Shown: one piece after another, positions 47,116-56,806 of the stretch
Position numbering within the stretch: the first letter of the stretch is position 1
Layout: every line of letters starts with the position of its first letter
Program-made: the position numbers and the translations under genes
Notes under the pieces: model-generated
What the model saw: the letters and a program-made list of their open reading frames with translations, nothing else
The model's database searches: none
Told to the model about the DNA's origin: nothing
Assembly (NCBI GenBank): GCA_963716395.1
Contig: OY970309.1
Span: 2,450,615 to 2,514,614, forward strand
Origin: an uncultured Fibrobacteria bacterium
GTDB lineage: Bacteria > Fibrobacterota > Fibrobacteria > UBA11236
Reading direction: 5' to 3'
Length of the DNA: 64,000 nucleotides

Positions 47116-49857
47116 TCAGGCGTTCATCAAGGCCAGCAATTCGCCGATGAAAGCCGGCTCCTGCGAACGCGGGCGCTGCCGTTTGGGCCGCGCGGATTTA
47201 TGGGTAGAGCCGTGGGCCGAACCCGTCATGCCGAGATCGGCCAGCAGCCGGGAGAGAATGCCGTCGGGCTGATATTCGGCGGCGCGCAGGCGGCCGCGCG
47301 CGGCCAGGTCTTTGCGCCGTTCGGGATTTTGCAGCAATTCAATCGCCCACCGGGCCATGTCTTCGGGGCCGTCGGCCAAGAGACCGCCCTGCTCCTGATC
47401 CAGGATGTCGCGCGGCCCCTTGGTGCGGAAGGCTACCGCGGGCAGGCCGCAGCTCAGGGCTTCGAGCAAAGAGCAGGAGAAGGTGTCGAACCACGAAGGC
47501 AGCAGCAGCAAATCTGCGGCCGAATAGGCCTGCGCCAGCTTTTCCGGATCGAGCCAACCCAGGAAAACGGCTTCGGGCAAGGCTGCTTTGAGTTCGGCTT
47601 CACACGGGCCGGTACCGGCCAGGACCAGGCGCGCCTGGGGAACCTTTTCCCGGATAGTCCGGAAGATTTGCGGCAATTCCAGCACCCCTTTTTCGCCGCT
47701 CAAACGCCCGGCGTACAGCAGCACCGGACTGTCTTCGCTCACCTCCGGGAAGATCTGGGATTTGGAAACGGTGCGCGGCTGGAATCCCGCGTCGGTCCAA
47801 TGCGCCGTGAGGAACAACTTGTCCGCCGAGAGGCCCATGGCGGGCGAAGCGAAACTTTCGCGCTGTTCGCTGTTGAGCAGAAACACGCCGTCGAACAACT
47901 GGTAGAAGGCACGCAGAATGCGGCGCAGCCGATCCTGTTTGCGCGTGTCGAACTTGAGCACGCGGCGCGCGAAATCGAGCCAGTCGGTATGCACGTAGAA
48001 ATAAGCCGGTACGGCAAAGGCATGTTTGAGATACAGCGCCAGCAGGCCCATGGGGGCTTCGGTGGAGCAGACGATGCGATCGTAGCCGCCTTCTTCGAAA
48101 ATCTTCTTCAACTCCAGCACGTCCGGCAGGCGAATGCTTTGGTCGCGGTAGAACGCGGCGGAAAACTCCGAGAGTGGTTTTTGCACCAGCAGATGGTTGC
48201 CGCCGGAGCCGGGGCCGCAGGTGAGGAAGTCGATGGGCAAATCGCGGCGGCGGATTTCGGCCAACATGGATTGCAGCACATGCGAGACGCCGTTTTTGTC
48301 GGTCAGGGTGTCGGTGAGCCACAACACGCGCCGTGGGTGTCGGTGTTGCCCCAGGCGTTCCGCCAGTGCGTTGAAATAGGGCCGTTTGGCGAACAGGACG
48401 TTGGACGAAGCGAAGGAGATGCCGCCCAGCACCAGCGATCCCAGCAGCGGAAAGGGGAGTCCGTCGCTCCATTTCCCCAGATCGAGGCCGTTCAATTCGC
48501 CGCCGGGAGCCTTGGCCTCCGAACCGAACAGGGCGCGGAAATGCACGGGCAACTCCACTTTGTTGATGAGTTCGGGAGTGCCGGGCCGCCGGCCTTCCTC
48601 TTCCATCCGGCGTAACTTACCGGTGACCCGTTCGGCTAACAGGGCCGACAGCGCGTGGAACATGGCCGGCAAGGAAGTGCGCAGGGTGGCCACCAAATGT
48701 TCGGCCGAGACGTTGCGCGCGGCGGCGATGGCGTCCATTTCTTCGAGCACGGGTTTATAATGCGGTTTGGTCAAGAGCGAGACCAGCAGCCCAGGCCGCC
48801 GGCCCTGCAGGCATTCGTGGAAAAGCTCCAGGAAGCGCGAGGTGTATTTGTGCCGCCGCAATTCGAACACTCCGTTGGCGATGCCCAAGGCCAGGAATTT
48901 TTCGCCCGCCGAACCGCGGTGCAGCAAGAGTCGGATGAGCCCGGGATCTTTCATGCGCAGGGCCGCTTGGCAGAAGTAATCGAGCAGCGCGGCCGTGAGC
49001 TTGGCCTCTTCGCAGGGCACGCCGTAGGGGGCCATGCGCGCTTCCCGCAAGGCGCGCAGCGCCAGTTCCGAGCGCTTCTCGCGCGCCGTGCGCCAGCCGG
49101 GCGCATGCAGCCGGGTGCCCGTCGCTCCCGCGAACACGCCGATATGGCAATCCGATCCGCCGGTGATGCTTTTGGCATAGGGTCGGCGGCAAAAGGCGTC
49201 GGCCCGCATTCCCGTACGGCGCGCGGCGGCCTCCACGCCCTCTTCGTCGAGGCTTTGCACCCAGGCGATGGTCAGCAGGTTTTGCCAGGCGTCGCGCTGG
49301 CCGTTCAGACCTTCGAAACGCTCGAAGAGGACGGCGAAGCGATCCATCAATTCCAGCGAAGGCAGGCCGCGCGGGCTGTGGAATTGCAGCGGATGCGCCA
49401 GCACAGTGGGCAGGTCTTCGGCCGCGGCGTATTCCAGAAAGCGGTAAATGTCTTTGCGCAGCCGCACCAGTTTGCTTTCCTGCTCGGGGGTAAAGCCGAA
49501 GGTGAGCACGTGCACGCCCACCGCGAAGTCGGGCAAGGTGCAACTGAATTCGGCCGCGGGCAGAACGTCTTCGCCGCGATCCAGCAAATCCCAGCAACTG
49601 CGGGCATTGTTGTGGTTGGTGATGGTGAGGGCGTCGACGCCGTTGCCCCGCAAGGTGTGTACCAGCTTGTCGGTGGGCAGCCAGGTTTCGGGCGCGCCCA
49701 GAATGCGTCCCAAAGTTTCGTCGGGCACGTCGCTGTTGCGGTCATGGCAATGCAGGTCGATTTTAAAGGCGTCGTCGCCCAATATTTCCGCCTGCCTTTG
49801 CATGAACCCATTCAATTCCCGACGCAGGGTGGCGCGGAAGGTGGAAGCTTCAGACAT
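47116..49857 (-). CDS. Fusion protein: N-terminal PHP-family phosphoesterase domain plus C-terminal GT4 (group 1) glycosyltransferase
   Basis: N-terminal FKIDLHCHDRNSDVPDE...ALTITNHNN (PHP metal-binding His/Asp pattern). C-terminal LLLPSWFDTFSCSLLEALSCGLPAVAF (GT4 E-x7-E region). 913 aa. Confidence 0.8.
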   Translation of the reverse strand: MSEASTFRATLRRELNGFMQRQAEILGDDAFKIDLHCHDRNSDVPDETLGRILGAPETWLPTDKLVHTLRGNGVDALTITNHNNARSCWDLLDRGEDVLPAAEFSCTLPDFAVGVHVLTFGFTPEQESKLVRLRKDIYRFLEYAAAEDLPTVLAHPLQFHSPRGLPSLELMDRFAVLFERFEGLNGQRDAWQNLLTIAWVQSLDEEGVEAAARRTGMRADAFCRRPYAKSITGGSDCHIGVFAGATGTRLHAPGWRTAREKRSELALRALREARMAPYGVPCEEAKLTAALLDYFCQAALRMKDPGLIRLLLHRGSAGEKFLALGIANGVFELRRHKYTSRFLELFHECLQGRRPGLLVSLLTKPHYKPVLEEMDAIAAARNVSAEHLVATLRTSLPAMFHALSALLAERVTGKLRRMEEEGRRPGTPELINKVELPVHFRALFGSEAKAPGGELNGLDLGKWSDGLPFPLLGSLVLGGISFASSNVLFAKRPYFNALAERLGQHRHPRRVLWLTDTLTDKNGVSHVLQSMLAEIRRRDLPIDFLTCGPGSGGNHLLVQKPLSEFSAAFYRDQSIRLPDVLELKKIFEEGGYDRIVCSTEAPMGLLALYLKHAFAVPAYFYVHTDWLDFARRVLKFDTRKQDRLRRILRAFYQLFDGVFLLNSEQRESFASPAMGLSADKLFLTAHWTDAGFQPRTVSKSQIFPEVSEDSPVLLYAGRLSGEKGVLELPQIFRTIREKVPQARLVLAGTGPCEAELKAALPEAVFLGWLDPEKLAQAYSAADLLLLPSWFDTFSCSLLEALSCGLPAVAFRTKGPRDILDQEQGGLLADGPEDMARWAIELLQNPERRKDLAARGRLRAAEYQPDGILSRLLADLGMTGSAHGSTHKSARPKRQRPRSQEPAFIGELLALMNA

Positions 49858-52279
49858 GGGATCTCCTCAGAGGGGAAAGGGTTTCGGCCGCGGATTTCGG
49901 CACGTGGCCATTGCGGGGCGGAGACGATTCTTCCGCCGCGGTGGCCGCGTAAAAGGTCAAGGTTCCCGCATCGCCGGTGAGCGGGACGCGGTGGGCGTTG
50001 CCTTCCGCGGCTACGGAAGGTCCGGGTTCCAGACCGGCGGCGCGGGGCAGCGAGAAATACAGGGGTGCTTCGTCCTGATGCGCCTTGCGGCGCAGGTTCC
50101 AGGAAAGGGTGGCCGACAACATGCCCTGGCGAAAGGAGTAGTCGACCGTGCCGTGCAAGGTGCGGGCGCCGGTCACTTCGAGGTGCAGGCCGGGGCGGAA
50201 CCATTCGGGCGGCGCGGATTCGGCCAATTGTAGCGCGCCGGGCCTTTCGACCACAAGCATGTCGCGCACCAGGTTGAGGAATTCGGCGGCCGACCAGCCG
50301 TGATCGCCGTCGCCCATGCAGCCGCCGAAGAAGCGCGGGTGCATGGCTTCGGGCCAGGTATAGGTGGGCGAGGCGCGACGCAACAGGGCCGCCAGAATCG
50401 CCGACCAGCGCCCATCGCCCAGCGCCATCATGGCGCGCGCCAATTGCGCGGACAGATACGGGTTGAGACCGGTATGCACGATTTTGTGGAAGAACAGGCC
50501 GTCGCGCAAATTATTGGCGGCGAGGTAGTTCACCGTGCCCGGCAACCAGGAAGGATCCGGCGGCAGCACGGCCAGGGGCGAAATGCCCACGAGGTTGCCG
50601 ATGGCCGCGGAATCGGGCGCGCGGTAGGGAGAACAGGGCAGGGCGGCGCCGCCGTTTTTCTTCCAGGCCCAATCCATCGAGGCGGCGATGTCGCCGCGGT
50701 AATCCTGCAGCAGATCTTCGACCCAGGCCGTGTCCCGCCCGCGGCCCAACCGGCCCGCGGCCCAACGCAGGGCTTCGAGCCCGGCCAGGGCCCACAGGTT
50801 GTCCCAGTAATAGTGATCGTTGGGGCCGAAATGCTCGGCGGAAAATCCGGGCGGCAACAAGCCGTAATGCGGGGAAGGCACATCACGGGTGCGATCGCGC
50901 ATTTTGGCAATCCACTTGGCGCCTTTGAGCAGGGACGGATACCATTTCTCCAGCCAGGCGGGGTCGCCGCCGCGGCGCACATGCTGGACCATGGCCCACA
51001 TGGCTTGGCCGTTGCTGTCCCATTCCCCCTGCTGGCTTTTGAAAAAACCGTCGCCCCCCTGCAGACGTGGGTAACCGGCGAGTTTGGGCGTGACGCGCCG
51101 GTGCCAGCCCAGGTTTTCGAAGGCCAGGGCGATGAAGGAGGCATCGCGAAACCAATGCTTATGGTAGGTAAAGGTTCCGGGTGAAAAGTGATCACCGTCG
51201 TCGAAAACATGCAAATGGCCCTTAACCGCGTAGAAGGCCTCTTCCAGGCGCGCATCCGGAATGCGCAGGCGCAGGCCCGCTTCGCGGACCTCGCGCAGAT
51301 GTTCCAGGCGTTCGCTGCGCGCGCCGTCCCACACCGCGGGCGGACGGGCCGAGGGCGCCGCGGGTGACGCGGCCAGAACTCCAAAGGTATCGTAGGTCTT
51401 GGCTTCGCCCGGCCCCAAGGTGAGATCGTATTCGGCCAAGGCGCAAGCGATTCCCGAGCCCGATTTCAGGCTGGTGCGATCGGCGATTTGCACGTCGCGC
51501 ACCAGTGGGTCGCCGTGGTGGCGATCGGAAAGCGTCACCCGGTCGGGTTCTTCGCTCAGCCACAGGCCGGGTTCGTCGTTCACGGTCCAGAGGCGGTCCT
51601 GATAGCGGATGGAATTGATATGTCCGATGGTGAGCGGATTGTAGGGCCGCAGGGTGAGGCCGAAACGCAGCGATAGCGGCGTGCGCGAACGGTTGGCCAG
51701 CAGGTGACGGTAACTCAGAAGTTCCTGCCCGCCCAATGCCAGCGCCAGGGCTTCCGACTTCCATTCCAGATCGGGATGAACGGAATAGGCCGTGACTACG
51801 CAGGGCAGGTTGCCTTCCAGCAGGCTCTGGTGCACCTGCCCGCGTCGGAACATGCGGGGCGGGAAATAGTTGCGGCCGTCGAACCGCACATAGGGGAAGA
51901 CCGACCAACCGTAGGGCCGCAGCGTCAGCATGCCCACCGGATCGACCATGCCTTCCTGGGCGCTGTCCTCCAGGCCTAGGGAGGTCCAATTGCGGTTGGT
52001 GAGGTTGGTTTTGATCAGGTTGATGGCGGTGGGGATGAACTCGTCCCATTCCGGATCGGCTTGGCGTTCCACCCAATGCGGCCACACCCAGTCCAGATTG
52101 CTCTGGATGGCCATGGCATTGTTCAACCCCGAAAGCACGATGGATAAACCCTGCTCCAGCAATTCCAGCGGAAAAAGGTTGGCCGACGGACGTCCCAAAT
52201 GGGTCAATCCGTGCAGAAAGGGGCTGAGGTGGCGTTTTCCCGTCCACTTGAGATAGGTGTGGAGCAGTTGTTCTAGCAT
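49850..52279 (-). CDS. (alpha/alpha)6-barrel glycoside hydrolase-like protein (GH15/GH133-like)
   Basis: HKHWFRDASFIALAFENLG (W-x-RD motif) and downstream YYWDNLWALAGLEAL. Its stop overlaps the start of the PHP-GT4 gene by 8 nt. The start is uncertain (52279 or 52321). Confidence 0.6.
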   Translation of the reverse strand: MLEQLLHTYLKWTGKRHLSPFLHGLTHLGRPSANLFPLELLEQGLSIVLSGLNNAMAIQSNLDWVWPHWVERQADPEWDEFIPTAINLIKTNLTNRNWTSLGLEDSAQEGMVDPVGMLTLRPYGWSVFPYVRFDGRNYFPPRMFRRGQVHQSLLEGNLPCVVTAYSVHPDLEWKSEALALALGGQELLSYRHLLANRSRTPLSLRFGLTLRPYNPLTIGHINSIRYQDRLWTVNDEPGLWLSEEPDRVTLSDRHHGDPLVRDVQIADRTSLKSGSGIACALAEYDLTLGPGEAKTYDTFGVLAASPAAPSARPPAVWDGARSERLEHLREVREAGLRLRIPDARLEEAFYAVKGHLHVFDDGDHFSPGTFTYHKHWFRDASFIALAFENLGWHRRVTPKLAGYPRLQGGDGFFKSQQGEWDSNGQAMWAMVQHVRRGGDPAWLEKWYPSLLKGAKWIAKMRDRTRDVPSPHYGLLPPGFSAEHFGPNDHYYWDNLWALAGLEALRWAAGRLGRGRDTAWVEDLLQDYRGDIAASMDWAWKKNGGAALPCSPYRAPDSAAIGNLVGISPLAVLPPDPSWLPGTVNYLAANNLRDGLFFHKIVHTGLNPYLSAQLARAMMALGDGRWSAILAALLRRASPTYTWPEAMHPRFFGGCMGDGDHGWSAAEFLNLVRDMLVVERPGALQLAESAPPEWFRPGLHLEVTGARTLHGTVDYSFRQGMLSATLSWNLRRKAHQDEAPLYFSLPRAAGLEPGPSVAAEGNAHRVPLTGDAGTLTFYAATAAEESSPPRNGHVPKSAAETLSPLRRSHV

Positions 52280-52503
52280 GCTGTTGCCGCCTCGGAGGGA
52301 CTTGCGGATAACATTTTTCAACAGATTATAAACGCATCCGGGTAGAAATAGAACGCCGAACGGACGAAGAAACGGAACTGAAATGCAACTGTGACTTTGT
52401 AGATACGGAAATAGAGATGTTACGATGGATCCTGCAAGCTACGGCTGCGGTTATCCACGGTCTGTGCGGAGAAAGTTGAAAACACCGAGATGATGCGCGG
52501 CGT

Positions 52504-53943
52504 TCAGGTGAATTTGAGCCGCCGCGCCGCGTACGCGACCATGCGCAACAGCCTCCACCCGTCGCGGAAGCGTGCGATGTTGGGCGCGCCGTAGCGGCGA
52601 GAAAGATAGCGCACGGGAATGTCGACCATTTTCAGATTGAGCTTGGCGGCCCCGAACAGCAAATCGAAATCGCCAAAGGGGTCGAAGTCTCCGAAATAGG
52701 CGCGGCCGCGCGCGATGCGCTCGTAATCGGAGCGCCACAGTGCCTTGGTGCCGCATAAAGTGTCTTTCACCGCCTGTCCCAGCAAAGAAGAGAAGGCCAG
52801 GCTGAAAAATTTGTTGGCCAGAAAATTGAGCGGGCGCATGGCGTTTTTTTCCACGGGATAGACAAGGCGCACGCCGTTGGCGAATTCGGCGGCGCCGCTT
52901 TGCAGCGCCTCACGGAAGCGTGGCAGCATTTCCGCGGCCACGGTCAGATCCCCGTCGAGAATGACGAGCAGATCGCCCCGTGCCGCGGCGAATCCCGCGC
53001 GCACCGCATCGGCTTTGCCGCAGCCCGGTTGCCGCAACAGCCGGCCGGGGAAGCCGGGGCGGGCCGCCAGGCCTTCGACCACGGCCGCATAGGTGCGGTC
53101 GCGCGACGCGCCTTCGACGAAGAGGACTTCGTCGCCGGGGTCGAGATGCTGCAAAGATTCGAACAGGCCGGTCACATGGCCCTCTTCGTTGCGCACCGGC
53201 ACGATGACGCTGAGCGTCGCCCGTTCCCGGGGCCGGGGCTGGGACCGGGCGGCCACGAAATTCGTCAACGCCAAGGCATTGCCGGGTGGAATTTTGGCCA
53301 GCCAACGATTGAGCCCGGGCTCCAGTAGGGGAAGGGGAAAGGGGCAGAGTATTTCCGTCCAGCGGCGCAGCGGCTCCCATTGCGACAGCCGGAGAAAATG
53401 ATTCAGGTCCTGGGCCGTAATCCAGTTCTGGGGCGCACGCCGCCGGGCCCAACCCAGGCGTTGGGCCAGCCAGAGCGGTGGTTCCCACACGCGGCTGTAG
53501 AAATTCGCAAACAGCCGTCCGCGCGGCGTGGCCACGCGTCGCGCTTCGGCAAGCACGGCCTGCACGTCCCATAGATCGCCTACCAAATCGGAAAGCGCGA
53601 CGGCGGCGACGCAGCCGTCGCGAAACGGCAGGGCCTGCGCATCGGCCACCACGATATGTAGTTCAGGATACCGCGCTTTCGCGCTCCGGGCGGCGGCAAA
53701 AGAAAAATCGACGCCCAGGCCGAATCCGGGCCGCAGCGAGGCCAGCAGGGCACCGTCGCCGCACCCCAGTTCGAGCACGCGTTCACCGGCGGGTATGAGA
53801 AAGCGGTAAACCTCGGCGAGACGGCGATGGTAGGTCCGGCCCGCCCAGGCTTTTCCGCGGCGGCGGTAATTGCTTTCCCAAATCGCGCGCACCAGGCGAC
53901 GGTGTTCGGCTTCGGCGGCTTGATAGGCGCTGACGACACTCAT
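52504..53943 (-). CDS. Fusion: class I SAM methyltransferase plus GT2 polyprenyl-phosphate glycosyltransferase (DPM1/ArnC/GtrB-like)
   Basis: VLELGCGDGALLASL (methyltransferase motif I). Then LSVIVPVRNEE, ILDGDLT and DTLCGTKALWRSDY (GT2 DPM1-like). The ATG overlaps the upstream stop (ATGA). Confidence 0.8.
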   Translation of the reverse strand: MSVVSAYQAAEAEHRRLVRAIWESNYRRRGKAWAGRTYHRRLAEVYRFLIPAGERVLELGCGDGALLASLRPGFGLGVDFSFAAARSAKARYPELHIVVADAQALPFRDGCVAAVALSDLVGDLWDVQAVLAEARRVATPRGRLFANFYSRVWEPPLWLAQRLGWARRRAPQNWITAQDLNHFLRLSQWEPLRRWTEILCPFPLPLLEPGLNRWLAKIPPGNALALTNFVAARSQPRPRERATLSVIVPVRNEEGHVTGLFESLQHLDPGDEVLFVEGASRDRTYAAVVEGLAARPGFPGRLLRQPGCGKADAVRAGFAAARGDLLVILDGDLTVAAEMLPRFREALQSGAAEFANGVRLVYPVEKNAMRPLNFLANKFFSLAFSSLLGQAVKDTLCGTKALWRSDYERIARGRAYFGDFDPFGDFDLLFGAAKLNLKMVDIPVRYLSRRYGAPNIARFRDGWRLLRMVAYAARRLKFT

Positions 53944-55589
53944 GGCCCCTTCCCTTCGGCCAAGGAGTCCGCCGGGGAAAGCCGCAGGTCGAATAGCGCA
54001 AAGCGATGCGGCAGGTTTCTCGCACGGTAACGCGCGATGAATTCGGGATCGAAGGCGTCGGCCAGAATCATGCCCGGGGACAATTCGGCCGTGAAGACCT
54101 CGACCGGCCGCACGTGCGACGCCAGGGAATCGAGGCGGGGGGCGCGGCTCCACTTGGGAAAACGGCAAGTAGCATCCCAGATGAACCAGTCGCCCCGGCG
54201 CGCGGATCGGTCGATGCGTCGACCCAACTCATACCGCAAAATGCCGTGGGCATAACCGCCAGTCAAAAACGTGTCAGCGATCACGCCTCCCCGGGCGTCC
54301 TGATCGGCGGCCAGATGAGCCGCGGCGGTTTTCCAGGGCGAAACGGCCCGCATCAGGGCGAACAGTCGCGGGGATTGCACGGCGAACAGGGCGATCAAAA
54401 CGAAACCGGCCACGACGGTAACGCGCTTGTAACCTAAGGTACGCTCCAGTCGCAAGCAGGCCAGGCCTGCGCCTTCGGCGGCGCCCACACACAAGGCCGG
54501 CAAGGCCGGCGCGAAACTGCGCGGCGCCGGGTAGCCGAACCAAGTCCAAAGCGCCGCGGGCACCAGGATGAAAAGCAGCCAGACGCGTGCGATCGCGTCG
54601 CCCCGCAGCGTCCGCCAGCCAAGATGCAGGCAGCCCGCCATCAGCACGGAGGCAAACAGGGGATGCTCTTGGCGGAACAGGAAGATGGGTAAAAACGCCG
54701 GGGATAAGGCCCGTTGCGGACCGCCATGCCACAAAAAAATCTGGTTATACAATTGCGTGAAATACGTTTCCAATTGAAAAGCGATGGCGGCGCCGGCCTT
54801 CGCCTGATGGCGGAAGGCCCAGAGCAGGCCGTATTTCCAAGCCCAACTTAAAGCCTCGAATCCCAGGACCGGCAGTGCCATCCAGAACGCGGCGCGGGTT
54901 AGCGATCGTACCCGACCGGTCACGGTCGAAACCTCTTTCCAGGTTTCCCCGGCCAACAGGCACCCGACCAGGGACGGCAGCCAGAAGAGGTTGTAATGCG
55001 AGGTGAAGGCTATTCCGGCGGCCAGGCAAAGCGCCGCGCGTTGTCGGGCGGAGCGCGGCGCTGCGCTCCGCCGGGGTAAAAGCCAGAGGACGACGCACAC
55101 GGTCAGCATGCTTACGGCCTCGGTCAAGGCGCAGCGCGAATATTGCACGTGCCACAGCGAAATCCCGAGCAAGGCGGCGGCGAAAAGTCCGCTCCATTTT
55201 TCCCCGGCGACCGGAATCCGGAGCATCAGCGCTACCGATGCCAGGCCCGCCACGGCGGAGATGCCTTGCGCCACGGCCACCGAATCACCGAACAAAAATG
55301 CCCCGACGACGAGCAGGCTTTCATGCAGCGGCCGGGCATGCAGCCACGGGCTGCCGCCAGCCTGCCACAAGGCGTGGGCATCGGCCAGCAGGGCATGCGC
55401 ATCGATCCGCCCATGCAGCAATTGCTCCAGCAGGGCGCGCAGTAGGCCGCCGAAGTAGCGGCCGTTGCCGACGAACATAGCTTCGTCGAAGTAGTAGAGT
55501 CCGCGTTGGGGCAGGTTCCAGAAGCGAATCAACGCCGAGAGGGCGATGACCATGCCACCCAGGCCGCGCCACCCGGCGCGGGGGTTCAT
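53940..55589 (-). CDS. GT-C fold membrane glycosyltransferase (ArnT/PMT, GT39/GT83-like)
   Basis: Polytopic, with a first-loop acidic motif LYYFDEAMF after TM1 (IALSALIRFWNL). The ATG at 55589 overlaps the FkbM stop (ATGA). An alternative ATG lies at 55598. Confidence 0.75.
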   Translation of the reverse strand: MNPRAGWRGLGGMVIALSALIRFWNLPQRGLYYFDEAMFVGNGRYFGGLLRALLEQLLHGRIDAHALLADAHALWQAGGSPWLHARPLHESLLVVGAFLFGDSVAVAQGISAVAGLASVALMLRIPVAGEKWSGLFAAALLGISLWHVQYSRCALTEAVSMLTVCVVLWLLPRRSAAPRSARQRAALCLAAGIAFTSHYNLFWLPSLVGCLLAGETWKEVSTVTGRVRSLTRAAFWMALPVLGFEALSWAWKYGLLWAFRHQAKAGAAIAFQLETYFTQLYNQIFLWHGGPQRALSPAFLPIFLFRQEHPLFASVLMAGCLHLGWRTLRGDAIARVWLLFILVPAALWTWFGYPAPRSFAPALPALCVGAAEGAGLACLRLERTLGYKRVTVVAGFVLIALFAVQSPRLFALMRAVSPWKTAAAHLAADQDARGGVIADTFLTGGYAHGILRYELGRRIDRSARRGDWFIWDATCRFPKWSRAPRLDSLASHVRPVEVFTAELSPGMILADAFDPEFIARYRARNLPHRFALFDLRLSPADSLAEGKGP

Positions 55590-56446
55590 GCCGCCCATCC
55601 GACGGCGGCCTGCGGACCCGCGAACACCACGTGGCCGTAACGTTTTCCCGGCAGACGAGACGGCAAAACCCCGGGATCGGGCAAAGGTTCCAGGCGGCGT
55701 CGGGGTTCGTCGACCCAGGCGAGTCGAAAGCGCAAATCGATCAAATCAGCGAGTATCGCAACCGGATCTTCGCCGGCTTGGGCCAGCCCATAGGGCCAGA
55801 ATTCCAGCAGTCCCTGCAGGCGCGGGTTAGCCTGCAACAACCCGCGCATGCCCCGCAAGGCGCGGCCTTCGCCGCCTTGAATGTCGAGCTTGACGCAGTC
55901 GACGCGGAACTGATCGTGCAGAAACTCGTCCAGCGCCACCATGGAAATGGGTTGGAGCGCAGTTTGGCCGTCCCGGGTTTTTCGCACGCGGTGGTCGCCG
56001 CTGTTGCAGGCGGAACGTTGTAAATACGCCGGTGCCGTCGCGTCGCCGGCCGCCAAGCCCAAGGCACGCACATTGGCGGCACCGTTGGCGAGCAGGTTCT
56101 CCGTCAGCGCCGCATGGTTCACGGGATCGGCTTCGAAAGCGAAGACGTTTCCGTTGGGGCCGACCCAATCGGAAAAGGCCAGGGTATAAAGACCCAGATT
56201 GGCCCCGAGGTCCAACGCCGTACCGCCGGCCAGACACATGGGGCGCAGGACTTCGAGCAGAAAAGCATCCGGGGCGAACAGGCGGTGCGTTTGCAAATAC
56301 AACCAGCGATCCAGGCAGGGCGCGCGCATGGTCCGGCCGCCGAGGGTGACGGCGAACCGGTGCCAGGGAAAAGGGAGGGCGTTGACCCAGGCGCCGGCGC
56401 CTGCGACCCAGGGATTTTGCAAAAGATTCTGCCAAAGCGCCTGCAT
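55586..56446 (-). CDS. FkbM-family methyltransferase
   Basis: ALDLGANLGLYTLAF...VFAFEADPVNH...CVKLDIQGGEGRAL. Confidence 0.85.
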   Translation of the reverse strand: MQALWQNLLQNPWVAGAGAWVNALPFPWHRFAVTLGGRTMRAPCLDRWLYLQTHRLFAPDAFLLEVLRPMCLAGGTALDLGANLGLYTLAFSDWVGPNGNVFAFEADPVNHAALTENLLANGAANVRALGLAAGDATAPAYLQRSACNSGDHRVRKTRDGQTALQPISMVALDEFLHDQFRVDCVKLDIQGGEGRALRGMRGLLQANPRLQGLLEFWPYGLAQAGEDPVAILADLIDLRFRLAWVDEPRRRLEPLPDPGVLPSRLPGKRYGHVVFAGPQAAVGWAA

Positions 56447-56582
56447 GGGGGCCGAAGCGTCGATGCCGGATTATACCATGCTCCGTGGTTGCCGCACGAT
56501 GTAAAGCCACCCGGGCCGAATCCTTGGTCGTGGACCGGGGCGCGGATTCGGCTTCGGATTTCGGCACCCTTCCTCTGGCACC

Positions 56583-56611
56583 TTGACAAGCTCTTGCAAC
56601 GAGAGTGATAT
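56583..56611 (+). promoter_or_regulatory. Putative sigma70-like promoter for the EamA leader
   Basis: TTGACA (56583-56588), 17 nt, then TGATAT (56606-56611). Confidence 0.4.
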
Positions 56612-56716
56612 TGGGTGCATGACTTCGGTCCAAATCCGGTTTTCACTATCCGTGCAGCTTCCGATTGCCGCCCCCAAAAAAGGCCTGGCTTGGATTGTGC
56701 GCGCGCATGCGGGAGA

Positions 56717-56795
56717 GGGAGCGGGTTAGCCGGGTCGGATAACCAATCAGGTCGAAAAGGCCCGCTCCCTTTCCGGGGGGCGGGCCTTTTTTGTT
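56717..56795 (+). promoter_or_regulatory. Terminator/antiterminator leader immediately upstream of the EamA transporter (candidate riboswitch or attenuator)
   Basis: Terminator: GGCCCGCTCCC (56759-56769) pairs with GGGGGCGGGCC (56776-56786), followed by TTTTTTGTTT. The alternative pairing is GGGAGCGGG (56717-56725) with CCCGCTCCC (56761-56769). No plus-strand gene ends here. Confidence 0.55.
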
Positions 56796-56806
56796 TGGGG
56801 GAAAAA

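Noticed and set aside
47077-49980. 512-aa and 441-aa ORFs antisense to the PHP-GT4 gene
   Set aside because: Same GC artefact. The sense frame has clear PHP and GT4 motifs.
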